From a virus (lineage: Duplodnaviria > Caudoviricetes): a DNA stretch of 64,000 nucleotides. The stretch lies in IMG/VR virus record IMGVR_UViG_3300037454_000475, positions 32,001 to 96,000 of that record; one strand, 5' to 3'. The position numbers were made by a program, and so were the translations under genes. Shown piece after piece: positions 23,342 to 34,604 of this stretch (positions are counted from its first letter, which is position 1; each line of letters begins with the position of its first letter). The notes beneath the pieces are model-generated. The model did no database searches, had not been told where the DNA came from, and worked only from the letters and a program-made list of their open reading frames with translations.

Positions 23342-23854
23342 TTATTCAACGGCAACATAGTTACCATTATCATCAAGCGGTGAACCGGCGGCACCCTTAA
23401 TAAGGTCTTCCAATTCCGCCTTGTTATCCTTGAACGAGGACATGCCGAGTTTCTTCATCATCGGATCAACATTTCCGGTCTCGGACACCATGCGGTCAAC
23501 GGCGGAATAATTCCAACGGGAATATTCTCCGACCCGGTTATCCGCGATAACAAACCCACGGATTTCATCATCCGTCATTCCCCATACCTTGATGACCCAC
23601 TCATGGGTTTGTCCGAGAAGACGCAAGGCTTTAAGACGGGTGTGTCCGGTGAGGATGATATTATTTTCTCCGGTTGCCGTGATGGGACATATATATCCGT
23701 ACATCTTGATGGATTCCGCCACCATCTTCGCGGATTCATTGTTATGACGGGGGTTGCCGGAATACGGAACCAAATCATCAAGGTTCATCCACACAAGCTC
23801 GAGTTTGCGCTGTGGAATTTCAACAAAGACCGGCTTTTTATCATTTTTTGCCAT
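23342..23854 (-). CDS. ParB/Srx N-terminal domain protein
   Basis: LVPY..NPR, SIK.YG..PI, GHTRLKA and IADNR motifs. Confidence 0.88.
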   Translation of the reverse strand: MAKNDKKPVFVEIPQRKLELVWMNLDDLVPYSGNPRHNNESAKMVAESIKMYGYICPITATGENNIILTGHTRLKALRLLGQTHEWVIKVWGMTDDEIRGFVIADNRVGEYSRWNYSAVDRMVSETGNVDPMMKKLGMSSFKDNKAELEDLIKGAAGSPLDDNGNYVAVE

Positions 23855-23930
23855 ATACTATAGGGTTTCTTTCATATCTATCACAATATATATAATCCGA
23901 CAAAATTTTTCCATATTCCGGAAAAATAAA

Positions 23931-24011
23931 AAAATTTGCGCTCTAAACGCAAATCTTTTTTGTCCTTCATAATTTATCACGGGACTCGAGAAAAGCGATT
24001 AGGGCGCAAAT
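23931..24011. repeat. Imperfect long palindrome
   Basis: ATTTGCGCTCTAA ... TTAGGGCGCAAAT arms around an ATAATTTATCA loop. Confidence 0.6.
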
Positions 24012-24032
24012 ATGATATGTTTATGCGGATTT

Positions 24033-24623
24033 TTACGGCTCATCCACAGGGGTTGGTTTGGAATCCGGCTCCGCCGTGGAATCCGATACCACAATATCTT
24101 CATCTTGATTTGTTACCACCGGCTCATGACGGTTGCGTTTCAACATATTGACCACCATGGAGGTCATGCATAGGGCAACCACCGGGAGGATAGCTCCTGT
24201 AATGTACGAAATCATTACGTAATTATAGTCGGGGTTTGGTGACTGGACAAAGAATAACACCGATTTTGTGAAATAATCAATTTGATCGGTATTGTGCATA
24301 ATCATGTAACGATATGATGAGAACACATTACCAAGAATTTGAACGATAGTCAATATGGCCATCAAAATCCATGGAAGGGTTTTCTTATCGTCCTTGTCAG
24401 TATTTGTAAGAATCGAGAATAATACACCGGCCTGTCCAATTTCAAATGCAATGGCGAGGATCACAGCGAGCCAACCAGGATTGGATAGACCGAAAAATGC
24501 AATTGCGTGGTATGTGGATACGAATGCAATAGCTGCGTAAAGCACTATAAACAACCACAAAAAGGTTTTATTAAATGTCTTATTTGTTTCCAATGTATTC
24601 AATGTTTTTTTATAAAAATTCAA
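24033..24623 (-). CDS. Multi-pass membrane protein
   Basis: About 4 hydrophobic helices. Confidence 0.75.
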   Translation of the reverse strand: MNFYKKTLNTLETNKTFNKTFLWLFIVLYAAIAFVSTYHAIAFFGLSNPGWLAVILAIAFEIGQAGVLFSILTNTDKDDKKTLPWILMAILTIVQILGNVFSSYRYMIMHNTDQIDYFTKSVLFFVQSPNPDYNYVMISYITGAILPVVALCMTSMVVNMLKRNRHEPVVTNQDEDIVVSDSTAEPDSKPTPVDEP

Positions 24624-24816
24624 CCGTTAACTTTGAGGTATTTTCACCTATCTTTACGATACGTGTCCCCGTATTGACTAAATATATCAATTCGGAACCG
24701 GAATGTTCAACTCCAACCACAGTACCGGTAACGTCCAGTTTTACGATACAGTCGGAGGTAAACCTTACCTTCTTACCGATAAACAGGGATCGTATGTAGT
24801 CCTTATATAATAACAT
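24610..24816 (-). CDS. Hypothetical protein
   Basis: TAATG-coupled small ORF. Confidence 0.6.
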   Translation of the reverse strand: MLLYKDYIRSLFIGKKVRFTSDCIVKLDVTGTVVGVEHSGSELIYLVNTGTRIVKIGENTSKLTVEFL

Positions 24817-25889
24817 TAGGCCCAATACATATATTCATAGAGATATGTGGCCCAGTTCGAGAAGGCCGTGGCTATGTAATTTTGGTTACCGGAAACTTTC
24901 CCTTCGATGATATATGTGAGGGATTGTATTAAAGCCTCAATCATCTTATGGTAACGGATTTGCGATTCGGCATCCAATGTGTTACAACCACAATCTGCGA
25001 ATGGGTCTATGATTTTACTACCCAATGGAAGACCAACCTTGAGAATACCGTTAAGGTATTTTTTCATTTCCACGCAGATCTCCACCTGATCCATCCAATA
25101 ATTCACGTTGGAGAATACTTCCACCATGTAATTATATATGGCATTGCGATACATTTGAAGTGGATTACATCCGGCAACCGGAGTTACACCAACACCTTGT
25201 ACTCCGCCGTTACATCCACATCCGGCGGAAAGTGGAAGAGTTGCAAGATTTATGCGTTTATCCTTGGTTGTCGCAACAAGTACATTATCCTGCATATAGT
25301 TGGAAAAACCGGAAAGGATCTTTGTCGTGGCATCTTCAAGGTTTTGTTTGTAATATGTGAGCATTGTGATCAACATATCCGGATTGTCCCAGTTATTGAC
25401 GACCGGTGTATTGGCCAACAGGATACTTGCAAGCCATGTGCGAAATACCTTGAGTTCTTCGATGGTGATATCATCATCCGGTGTAAACTCATTGAGATAA
25501 TCGTATTTGATTTTATCGTTTTGAAGGATACTCAACGTACGAACTTGATCAATCCATATACGGAGGTCGTCAAATTTGAGTAGATTTTCCACCGCCACGG
25601 TTCCGATTTCAACATTCACGTAGTTCAATTCATCACCCGGGTTAAATGGGTCTCCGGTTGGGATAGAACCATTGTTATCCGCCATCGGCAATATATGTGT
25701 CCAATGAATTGCATACGCATATTTATTGCGAAGCATGTTGTTGAAATAATCACAGAAGTTATTGATGGAAAATTCCACAAATGGAGAACCACTCTTCCAT
25801 ACGTAGTTATCATCCACTATTTCTGCATATCCGGCTTCAACGAGAACATCCGGAGTCATTACGATATCTTGAAACTTAACTATATTCAT
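24816..25889 (-). CDS. Hypothetical (probably structural) protein
   Basis: 357-aa ORF downstream of the tape-measure-like gene; CGC motifs. Confidence 0.75.
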   Translation of the reverse strand: MNIVKFQDIVMTPDVLVEAGYAEIVDDNYVWKSGSPFVEFSINNFCDYFNNMLRNKYAYAIHWTHILPMADNNGSIPTGDPFNPGDELNYVNVEIGTVAVENLLKFDDLRIWIDQVRTLSILQNDKIKYDYLNEFTPDDDITIEELKVFRTWLASILLANTPVVNNWDNPDMLITMLTYYKQNLEDATTKILSGFSNYMQDNVLVATTKDKRINLATLPLSAGCGCNGGVQGVGVTPVAGCNPLQMYRNAIYNYMVEVFSNVNYWMDQVEICVEMKKYLNGILKVGLPLGSKIIDPFADCGCNTLDAESQIRYHKMIEALIQSLTYIIEGKVSGNQNYIATAFSNWATYLYEYMYWA

Positions 25890-25913
25890 ATTATTGACTT
25901 TATTTCATTTACA

Positions 25914-28900
25914 TTACGGTGCCATCTTAACTTGAACCTTACCGTCCGATATCACCTTGTTAACCTTTGAGGTCAAATCATTTATTGCCCTTATGACATT
26001 ATCAAGGTCACTCTTTGTAAGTTGATTCTTATTAACCGGTTGAGGCTCTCTCTTTTCATTGACTCCAGCGGAACCGGATGGTTGAGATATAACATCTCCG
26101 GCAACTGCAACATTGAAGTCTTTCTTATTAACATCATCAAGTGCACCGGTGAGTTTTTCAAGTGCCTCAAGAAGGTCTTCATTAATGGCATGGGCAAGTT
26201 CCTTGAAATTACCATTGATGGACTTCGATAATCCCTCAATGTGTTTCATCAAATCACTTGCGGTCTTGAGTTTATCAAGGTTGACTGAATCAACTGTTTT
26301 AAGAAGACCAACCGTTTCCTTCACATTGTTTTGGAAGTTCTTGGCTGAATTATCATTAATCTTCGATACATTGGTCAATGAAGCGGCAACACGTTCAAAT
26401 ACAACCAACGAACCCTTCTTGACCACCTCCATCCTGTCAGGATCGAGATCTGCAAGAGGAGATACAATACCAAAGATTACACCTTCAAATGCAGGTTTGA
26501 TGGATTCCGTATCAACGCCGGATAGCTTATCATTATACAAATCAATGATATCGGTAATCGGTTGTTTGATCGTATTGAGAACACGGGAAATCTTATAACC
26601 TTGTTCGTCAGCCTTTTTGACATAATCCATGGCGGTATCACTATCGGCAATCCATGCAATTGCTTTGATAGGACACATGATCAAATCATACACGGTGCTT
26701 GTGATCTTACCCTGATTCTTATTAATGTACTCTGCAAGGTTTATGTACTCGACTGCAACGTCCTGTCCGTACGTAGGCGAATTTGGATCAGTATCACGTG
26801 CCCATTTCGAAGCCATGCGGCCTCCGGCAAGAGCCTTAACAAGATCCATGATATTACCGAGACCCTTAATGGCATCCATGGCAATGCCGAGTTTCTTCAT
26901 ATTCCTTTTCGATATATCGGAAAGTTGATCCTGCATTCTTTCATCACCAAGGATGTTGACAACACTAAAAAGCATCTTTTCGGCCATTGCCATTGCCTGA
27001 TTGAAGTCCTGTTGCGTCATCTTACGCCATTTCTTCGGTGTACCATTTTCATTGAAGTCCTCTGCAGTGTTGCAATCAGGTACTATCAAGCTGGAAAGGT
27101 TTTTAAGGGTTTCACCCAAACCACCAACCACGGCGATGATCTCACCGAGACGTTCCATCTTCTTCTTCGTACTACGTGAAATATTATCAAGTGCATCCTC
27201 CGATATTGGGTTGACAACAAACGAACCTACGGAGCCCAATGATAATGTTACACGTTCCTCTCCAAACAATGCACAGAAGAACTCAAGCATCGAACCAGCG
27301 GTCAATGAGGCATTGGCGAGATCCTCCGCGGTCATCATACGCCATTTCTTCGGTGTGCCATTTTCGTTGAAGTCATCCGGGCCCATGGCATCCGGAACGG
27401 TAAGTGAGGACATATTCTTGAGTGTTTCCGCCATACCGCCAACCACAGCCACAATTTCACCAAGACGGGCGACTTTCTTCTTGGTACCACGGGAAAGGTT
27501 GTCGAGGACGGCCATACTAATCGGGGTGATGGTTACCTGTGATCCGGCAAATTCCATGGTGGTTGGGGAATCAGCGAATATGTTGGCGAAGAACGCAAGT
27601 ATGGAACCGGCGTTAACTGCAGCATTTCTAAAGTCATCACTTGACATTACGTTGAATCCTTTAGGTTTACCATCTTCAGTAAATCCTTTATCAGGATCAG
27701 GTATCATCAAGGACGATATATTTTGAAGGCTGACCGCCATACCACCGACTGCGGCAACAATATCACCAAGACGCTCAATCTTACGGCGTGTGCTACGGGA
27801 GATCTTATCAAGAGCAGCCATATTAAGTGGTTCAACCGTTGCTTTTGAACCTCCAAATATAACCTCCGTTGCCTCCTCGGCGAACAAACCAGTAAAGAAT
27901 GAAAGGATAGCGGATGCATTTTGAGCGGCTGACATAAAGTCCTCGGACTTCATCAATAGATACCCTTTAGGTCTTCCCTCTTCGGTGAATCCTTTATCAG
28001 GATCCGGCATCTTCAATGAAGCAATATGTTGAAGCGTGTCCGCCATATTCGATACATGACCGACAATCCTCGAAAGTAGTCTAATCTTAAATGTTGTCTT
28101 CAAACTTATCTTATCGAGAGCAGCCAAATCACAAGGAACCACCGTGAATTTGGCTCCATCACCAAGTTCGAAATCAACTTGTTCTTCACCAAACATGGCT
28201 GAAGTCATACCAAGGATGACTGCGGCATTTTGAGCAGCGGCCATAAAGTCCTCGGACTTCATTTGTTTATATCCTTTCGGATTACCTTTTTCATCAAATC
28301 CCTTATCAGGATCCGGCATGTTCAATGAAGCAATATGTTGAAGGATATCTGCGATCTTTCCAATGGAGCACGTGATGGTTGCAAGTTCGGTCACTCTACC
28401 AACATACGATGCCATTTTTATCGGGTTTGGAAGATCAGCAATATAACCAAATAAGCTCTTGCCGTCTTTATCCTCCTTCGTAAATGCCTTAATCGGTAAT
28501 GAGATTATTGCTGCAACCTCATCCGGATCTTTAAGACCGGCAGCTTTGACTGCCATAGCAGCCTTTGCCGTATTCTTAACGACTTCGGATAACAAGAGAG
28601 CAACAACTATCAATGAACTCATAGCAGCCATACCAAGACCAAATGCAATTGCTTGTGGGCCGGCAAGTAACATACCGGATGCAATGGTCATTGCACCAAC
28701 GGCAACCATGATAAGGGCCATGATACCGGTCACTTCGAGGATCTCAAGTGGAGGTGCAATAGATGCTGCTTTCGCGAGGTTCTTCATTACAATGGACATT
28801 AAGAACGCAATACCGGCAATTACTGCCACACCGATGGCGCCTTGCATAATTTGTGATTGAAGAACACCGGCCAATACGGCAATACCACCAACGGCCACCA

Positions 28901-31706
28901 TCACAAGAGCCATAATGCCAACAACTTCAAGGAGTTCGAGAGGATCTGCGGTATTGGCTATTTCCGCAAGCACATATACAACAGCGGCCATTGCGGCGGC
29001 AAACAATACCACGATCAACATGGCCTTCCAGCCTTTTTCTATGGTCTTACTTGCACGGGCAATCAAATATACTGCACCAACAAGGACAGCAAGTAATAGG
29101 GTTACCGTAAGTACCGGTTCCCAGTTAACCGTGAGCAATCCTCCAACATACACCATCAACATAGCGACTCCGGCAAGGATCGCAACTGCAAGTGCAATGT
29201 ATAGGAGTTCCTTGGCTCCACTTTCTATCCACTTCTTTGCCAATGATAATAGCAAGCAGGAACCCACAAGTACAAGGAGATATGCGGATATTATAAGCAT
29301 GTTCTCCCAGTTGGCTGTGATATATTGTCCAACAACTGCCATCAACATAGCAACGCCGGCGAGGATGGCAACTGCAAGTGCAATGTATAGGAGTTCCTTG
29401 GCTCCCTCGTGTATTATCTTTTTAGCCAATGCCAATAGCAAGCAGGAACCTACAAGTACAAGGAGATATGCGGATACTATAAGCATACTCTCCCAGTTGG
29501 CTGCAATAAATTGACCGGTTAATGCCATTAACAATGCCGTGGTCGATAGTATGAGCATTGCCAATGCCATATCTTTGAGGACTTTTCCTCCTTCTTTCAC
29601 GTTCTTGGAGATCAGGCTTATAAGAACCATCAATCCAACTATTGCGAGTGTGGCCACAACGGCAACCGCTATTAATGGAGCGGCTATCATAAAGGTCAAT
29701 CCAACAATTACAAGGCTTCCAACAAACAAGAGCAAGCTTACTGACATTTGGTTGAATGTCTTCGAAGCTGTATTGATATCCTTTTGTTTATCCGCAACTA
29801 CCGAATATATACGCATAAGTCCTTTAATGACCAACGATAAGGTAAATACGGTAAGTATGGATATTGCGATCAATGGAGTGGCCAAAGCAATAAGTGAAAC
29901 ACTACCCACTATAATGAGCAAGCTCGAGGCCATTTGTTTAAGGGCCTTCGATGCTGCATTAATATCACTTTCTTTGTTGGCTACATTGGAATATATACGT
30001 AGAAGTCCTTTGATGACAAATGATAATGTGAATACAGTGATCAATGACACCATGACGAACGGGGTTGCCAAGCTGATAAGTGAAACACTACCAACAATGG
30101 CAAGTAAGCTCGATGCCATTTGTTTAAGAACCTTCGAAGCCGTACTGATATCTCCCTCTTTATTGGCCACATTGGAATATATGTGGAGGAGACCTTTAAT
30201 AACCAACGATAGTGCAACCACCGTGATCATCGACACTATAACGAACGGGGTTGCCAAGCTGATAAGTGAAACACTACCAACAATGGCAAGTAAGCTCGAA
30301 GTTAGCTGTTGGATAACCTTTGATGTTGTGTTGATGTTACCTTCATTATCGGCAATCATCGAATATACACCCAAAATACCTTTGATGGTCATCTTCAAGG
30401 CAACCGTGGTGAGTATGGATAATACAACGAACGGGGTTGCCAAGCTGATAAGTGAAATACCTCCAACGATGGTAAGCAAGCTCGAGGTTAGCTGTTGGAT
30501 AACCTTTGATGTTGTGGTGATGCTACCTTCATTATCGGCAATCATCGAATATACATTCATGATACCTTGGATGGCCATCTTCAAGGCAACTGTGGTGAGC
30601 ATGGATAACACAACAAACGGGGTTGCCAAGCTGATAAGCGAAATACCTCCAACGATGGTAAGCAAGCTCGAGGTCAATTGATTAATGACATTGGATGCCG
30701 TACCGATACCGGATGCATTTTCTGCAATCATTGAGTATACGTTTACGATACCATTGACGGCAAACTTCAAGGCAACTACTGTAATCATGGATAACATGAC
30801 GAATGGAAATGCCAAACTAATAAGTGCAACACTTCCAACAATTGTGAGTAAGCTTAATGCCATCTGCCCAATGGTCTTCGAAGCAGCATTGATATCTTTC
30901 TCATTGCTGGCAATCATTGAATATATGTTCAAGATACCATTGATTGCGAACTTCAAGGCAACCACTGCGATTAGTGACAACATCACAAATGGGAATGACA
31001 AGCTAATAAGCGAGATACTTCCGATAATCAAAAGCAAACTCGAGGACATCTGCTTGAATGCAACCGCAGATTGAATGATTTGTTGTTGCTTACTGGAAGC
31101 ATTTGAATATATGGTTATGATGTTATCGACAACCAATGACAAAACCTTAACAGCAAGTACAGCCAACGTCACTACCGGGAGAGAAGCACCAAGCACAACA
31201 GCCATTTTCGTAAGATCATTGGTTGTTGGTGCCACTTGTTTGAGTATTTTAGTGCCATCAATGAGGGATTTTGCCTTGTCTTTATCCCCAATTTTTTCAA
31301 GCATTGGTATTACACCTTTAGGGTTTTTGCTTGAATCTCCAAACATCAAATCCATAAGACGGTTAACGGAATGTTTTGCCATACGGATTTGAGCACCATT
31401 AATCTTATTAATGTTGGAGATCACGGTAACAAGTGTATCGAATGCTTGGGTTGTGGATGCCAGTGTTTTTGACGCCTCCGCAGATTTACCAATATCGTAT
31501 GAATTCATCTTATCAAGCGATTTATATATGGTATCAACCGCGGTATCTATGGCCTTCGATGCAGAGGTAATCGTTTTTACCAAGTTTTTATCTATACCAC
31601 TATTCACAATAACCTTAACCAATAGAGCAGAGGACTCCACTTGGGCTTGAAATATAGCAAATAGATTATTGCTGTTTGGAATATTATTGTGTTTTTTGCT
31701 TGGCAT
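25914..31706 (-). CDS. Tape-measure-like protein (1930 aa)
   Basis: Helical, hydrophobic 62-aa repeats (186-bp period) then ~102-105-aa repeats. Confidence 0.7.
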   Translation of the reverse strand: MPSKKHNNIPNSNNLFAIFQAQVESSALLVKVIVNSGIDKNLVKTITSASKAIDTAVDTIYKSLDKMNSYDIGKSAEASKTLASTTQAFDTLVTVISNINKINGAQIRMAKHSVNRLMDLMFGDSSKNPKGVIPMLEKIGDKDKAKSLIDGTKILKQVAPTTNDLTKMAVVLGASLPVVTLAVLAVKVLSLVVDNIITIYSNASSKQQQIIQSAVAFKQMSSSLLLIIGSISLISLSFPFVMLSLIAVVALKFAINGILNIYSMIASNEKDINAASKTIGQMALSLLTIVGSVALISLAFPFVMLSMITVVALKFAVNGIVNVYSMIAENASGIGTASNVINQLTSSLLTIVGGISLISLATPFVVLSMLTTVALKMAIQGIMNVYSMIADNEGSITTTSKVIQQLTSSLLTIVGGISLISLATPFVVLSILTTVALKMTIKGILGVYSMIADNEGNINTTSKVIQQLTSSLLAIVGSVSLISLATPFVIVSMITVVALSLVIKGLLHIYSNVANKEGDISTASKVLKQMASSLLAIVGSVSLISLATPFVMVSLITVFTLSFVIKGLLRIYSNVANKESDINAASKALKQMASSLLIIVGSVSLIALATPLIAISILTVFTLSLVIKGLMRIYSVVADKQKDINTASKTFNQMSVSLLLFVGSLVIVGLTFMIAAPLIAVAVVATLAIVGLMVLISLISKNVKEGGKVLKDMALAMLILSTTALLMALTGQFIAANWESMLIVSAYLLVLVGSCLLLALAKKIIHEGAKELLYIALAVAILAGVAMLMAVVGQYITANWENMLIISAYLLVLVGSCLLLSLAKKWIESGAKELLYIALAVAILAGVAMLMVYVGGLLTVNWEPVLTVTLLLAVLVGAVYLIARASKTIEKGWKAMLIVVLFAAAMAAVVYVLAEIANTADPLELLEVVGIMALVMVAVGGIAVLAGVLQSQIMQGAIGVAVIAGIAFLMSIVMKNLAKAASIAPPLEILEVTGIMALIMVAVGAMTIASGMLLAGPQAIAFGLGMAAMSSLIVVALLLSEVVKNTAKAAMAVKAAGLKDPDEVAAIISLPIKAFTKEDKDGKSLFGYIADLPNPIKMASYVGRVTELATITCSIGKIADILQHIASLNMPDPDKGFDEKGNPKGYKQMKSEDFMAAAQNAAVILGMTSAMFGEEQVDFELGDGAKFTVVPCDLAALDKISLKTTFKIRLLSRIVGHVSNMADTLQHIASLKMPDPDKGFTEEGRPKGYLLMKSEDFMSAAQNASAILSFFTGLFAEEATEVIFGGSKATVEPLNMAALDKISRSTRRKIERLGDIVAAVGGMAVSLQNISSLMIPDPDKGFTEDGKPKGFNVMSSDDFRNAAVNAGSILAFFANIFADSPTTMEFAGSQVTITPISMAVLDNLSRGTKKKVARLGEIVAVVGGMAETLKNMSSLTVPDAMGPDDFNENGTPKKWRMMTAEDLANASLTAGSMLEFFCALFGEERVTLSLGSVGSFVVNPISEDALDNISRSTKKKMERLGEIIAVVGGLGETLKNLSSLIVPDCNTAEDFNENGTPKKWRKMTQQDFNQAMAMAEKMLFSVVNILGDERMQDQLSDISKRNMKKLGIAMDAIKGLGNIMDLVKALAGGRMASKWARDTDPNSPTYGQDVAVEYINLAEYINKNQGKITSTVYDLIMCPIKAIAWIADSDTAMDYVKKADEQGYKISRVLNTIKQPITDIIDLYNDKLSGVDTESIKPAFEGVIFGIVSPLADLDPDRMEVVKKGSLVVFERVAASLTNVSKINDNSAKNFQNNVKETVGLLKTVDSVNLDKLKTASDLMKHIEGLSKSINGNFKELAHAINEDLLEALEKLTGALDDVNKKDFNVAVAGDVISQPSGSAGVNEKREPQPVNKNQLTKSDLDNVIRAINDLTSKVNKVISDGKVQVKMAP

Positions 31707-31782
31707 ACTTTTCTACTATAATTGATTATTTTTATAATAATCCTCAACATGCAGCTTGTAGAGATAATAAAACAAATAACAT

Positions 31783-33969
31783 ATGAAACATTTGGATTTC
31801 AATAAAGGTTTTATAAAAGAGTCAGCCCAAACCCCGGAAACGATCAATGAGTTCTTTGGTACCTTGCTTGTATGTGGTGTCCTTGGTGCTTATTGTTCGA
31901 TGGGGGTACTCTCCGTATTTAAGAAGCTCGGTGGTCTTCGTAATGAACTTGTGGATTTGCGTCAAAAACGTTTATCTGCCAAAAATGAAAGAATGAAACA
32001 AAAGTACGAACTTGAGATAGAGAAACATAAATATAAGCTTTTGAAGGCTGGGTACTCTACTGATGAAATCGATGATATCATAAAAACTGGCAAAACAAAT
32101 GTTGGTGACGAAAAGGAGGAAAAAGAACTACGCAGTTTGTTGAAGAAGAAAAAAGCCGATTTGAGTCCAAAAGAACTTGCCCGTATCAAGGAATTATCGG
32201 ATAGAGTTGAAATCGACAATGTGTTGACCGATAAGGAACAGGAGGCATTGAAATCATTAACCGGTGGTGATACAGATCCGCAAGAACCACAAACACCTCA
32301 ACTCACTGCTGGTGATAAGGAAAAACTCGACAAAGAGGCAGAAGAGATTAAAACCCAACGTAATAAGTCACTTAAACTTATGATGGCTTATGAAAATACC
32401 GTCAAACAGTTGCCGGAAGGCCCTGACAAGGATAAACATTCAAAACATCTTGAATCATTAACAAAAGTTATGAGTGGTTCGGGTTCTCCTGAAGATATTG
32501 AAGTTGTTGAAAAATTTTCCAAAGAATCATTGACACCTGAAGGTCAAAAAATCGCCGAGCAGGTTGAAAAGAGCGCCGAAAAGATTTCCGATGAAGACGT
32601 TGAAAAATGGAAGAAGGAAAAAGGTATCACAGACGATGGATTAGTCAAAACAATGAAAACCGTGGCAAAAGAAAATCCAAAACTTCTCGGAGAACCTAAA
32701 AAAGAACCTGAAAAGGAACCTGAAAAAGAACCTGAAAAAGAACCTGAAAAAGAACCTGAAAAAGAACCTGAAAAAGAACCTGAAAAAGAACCTGCTAAAA
32801 AGGAGGGTGATCCAAAGGAACCTGAAGGTGGTGAACCAAAGAAGGTTGAACCGGAAGAATTCAAAGATCCTGACGGCACGGTATATAAAAAGGACGAAAA
32901 CGGTAAGTGTACAATGACCACAGCCGATGGTGATTCCACAGAAATCGAGCCGGAGGAATTTGAAAAGCAAAAGAAGGCCAACGAAGAACCCGAAGAAGAT
33001 GACGCCAAGGATGGCGATGAACGTACGGATAATGATGATGACCTTGAGGATGAAAAGTTTGATACGAAGGGTGGAAAAGCAACACTTTCGGACAAACAAG
33101 ATCCCCGTAAAGTGTTCAAACAACGTACGTATAAACGTGGCAACAAGACATTTAGAACAAAATCATATTACAGCAAACGTGGGGTCGCCATATCAAAGGA
33201 TGAATTCAAAGAACGTGTTGCTAATTGGGAAAAGAAAAACAAAAAAGACAAAGTGGAAAACAGCTCTTTCAAGGGTTCTCCGTGGACAATGACCCGTCTA
33301 TGTGAAACAAGGAAACCGGCCCCAGTAATGGAAGCCGAGCAGGGTTCCGACATGGAATCCATATGCAAGGAACGACTTGTATATATCAAATTTGTAATGG
33401 ATACCACAACGAATAGCGTTGAAAAAGTAAAGATGGAACGTATGTATAACGCCATCTATAACTGCTGTTTCGATGCCAATGGTAAAGCCCGTTCCATGGA
33501 AGACCTTTATAACTACCTCAATGATACCATGATCGAAAACAAGGGTGAGGTTCCGGGTCTTCCAACCAACGATCAAGTGGTCAATATTGATGATAAATGC
33601 AAGGCATGGAGGAAAATCTCACCGGATAAATTTGATGCCTATATGGCACGTCTCAACAAGGAACTCCTTGATAAAACTGGTACTAAAAAAACCGATAAGG
33701 CAAAAGATATTCTTTCACCGGATGGCGAGGATTCAAGTACCAGTGCACTCGATAAGATCCGTGATCTTTCGACCAAATATGGTTTCACTAACATCCTTGG
33801 CCTTGAGCCTTCACGCAAAGCATCCAAAGAGGATGATGAAAAGAAGGATGAGGTAAATAAACAGGAAAAGGATGGATCGCCAAAAGCTGATTCCAAGGAT
33901 TCCAAGGATGTAAAAGCAGATGACGTATCGCCGGAACAAGTTGATAAAATTGTTGGTGTATCCAAATAA
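31783..33969 (+). CDS. Highly charged protein with KEPE repeats, possible head internal/scaffold protein
   Basis: 728 aa; I/L-x-E sites near the N-terminus; E/K/D-rich. Confidence 0.75.
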   Translation: MKHLDFNKGFIKESAQTPETINEFFGTLLVCGVLGAYCSMGVLSVFKKLGGLRNELVDLRQKRLSAKNERMKQKYELEIEKHKYKLLKAGYSTDEIDDIIKTGKTNVGDEKEEKELRSLLKKKKADLSPKELARIKELSDRVEIDNVLTDKEQEALKSLTGGDTDPQEPQTPQLTAGDKEKLDKEAEEIKTQRNKSLKLMMAYENTVKQLPEGPDKDKHSKHLESLTKVMSGSGSPEDIEVVEKFSKESLTPEGQKIAEQVEKSAEKISDEDVEKWKKEKGITDDGLVKTMKTVAKENPKLLGEPKKEPEKEPEKEPEKEPEKEPEKEPEKEPEKEPAKKEGDPKEPEGGEPKKVEPEEFKDPDGTVYKKDENGKCTMTTADGDSTEIEPEEFEKQKKANEEPEEDDAKDGDERTDNDDDLEDEKFDTKGGKATLSDKQDPRKVFKQRTYKRGNKTFRTKSYYSKRGVAISKDEFKERVANWEKKNKKDKVENSSFKGSPWTMTRLCETRKPAPVMEAEQGSDMESICKERLVYIKFVMDTTTNSVEKVKMERMYNAIYNCCFDANGKARSMEDLYNYLNDTMIENKGEVPGLPTNDQVVNIDDKCKAWRKISPDKFDAYMARLNKELLDKTGTKKTDKAKDILSPDGEDSSTSALDKIRDLSTKYGFTNILGLEPSRKASKEDDEKKDEVNKQEKDGSPKADSKDSKDVKADDVSPEQVDKIVGVSK
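32692..32793 (+). repeat. 12-bp tandem repeat AAAGAACCTGAA (about 8 copies)
   Basis: Directly visible; encodes (KEPE)n. Confidence 0.95.
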
Positions 33970-33981
33970 CCAATAACTACG

Positions 33982-34020
33982 AAAAAGAAAAGGGTCTCCG
34001 CGGAGACCCTTTTTTGTTTT
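33982..34020. terminator. Bidirectional terminator
   Basis: AAAAGGGTCTCC-GC-GGAGACCCTTTT between convergent genes. Confidence 0.85.
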
Positions 34021-34028
34021 ATGGAGGT

Positions 34029-34592
34029 TCATTCCGCCTCCTTGATCACATCCTTTACCTTGAATGGCCCGGCAAGTAGTTTGAATCGGTCGATAATCAT
34101 ATCTACTGTCCACCCGGCAAGGAATACCGGATCGGATGCCGGAAATGCGGTTTCCACATATTCCCAACTTTCCACATAGTAACTATCCGGCCCATGAGGA
34201 ATGTGGAGGTTTTTGACAGTGATTTTTGACGCGGAAATGTCGATCTGTGCATGGAACTTCTCCATGAACCATTCCAATACTTGTATGTATGATGGACGGG
34301 CAAAACGATGTCGGATGATAAAGTTATCCGGGTAATTGATGAATTTACCGTTACCGCACATCTCCCAATTGCTGTTACGGCATTCCCATTGGCTGCGTTC
34401 CGGGGTACCTTCCGGATAATCGGCAAAATCATCTTCATTATGGAAGTATGTTTCACATGGAACATTAAATCCATAATCAAATAGTAAATCACCGATGTCG
34501 TAATTCACATACCCGTTGGTGAAATCACAATCCGAAATCCCCTTATGGGCGCGGTCTCTGATTATAAGGCTTTTTAACTGACTGATATTCAT
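34029..34592 (-). CDS. Hypothetical protein
   Basis: 187-aa ORF. Confidence 0.75.
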   Translation of the reverse strand: MNISQLKSLIIRDRAHKGISDCDFTNGYVNYDIGDLLFDYGFNVPCETYFHNEDDFADYPEGTPERSQWECRNSNWEMCGNGKFINYPDNFIIRHRFARPSYIQVLEWFMEKFHAQIDISASKITVKNLHIPHGPDSYYVESWEYVETAFPASDPVFLAGWTVDMIIDRFKLLAGPFKVKDVIKEAE

Positions 34593-34604
34593 AATGTTAA
34601 TAAT

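Noticed and set aside
32692-32793. Direct repeats as a CRISPR array
   Set aside because: Contiguous in-frame 12-bp repeats with no spacers, encoding KEPE.
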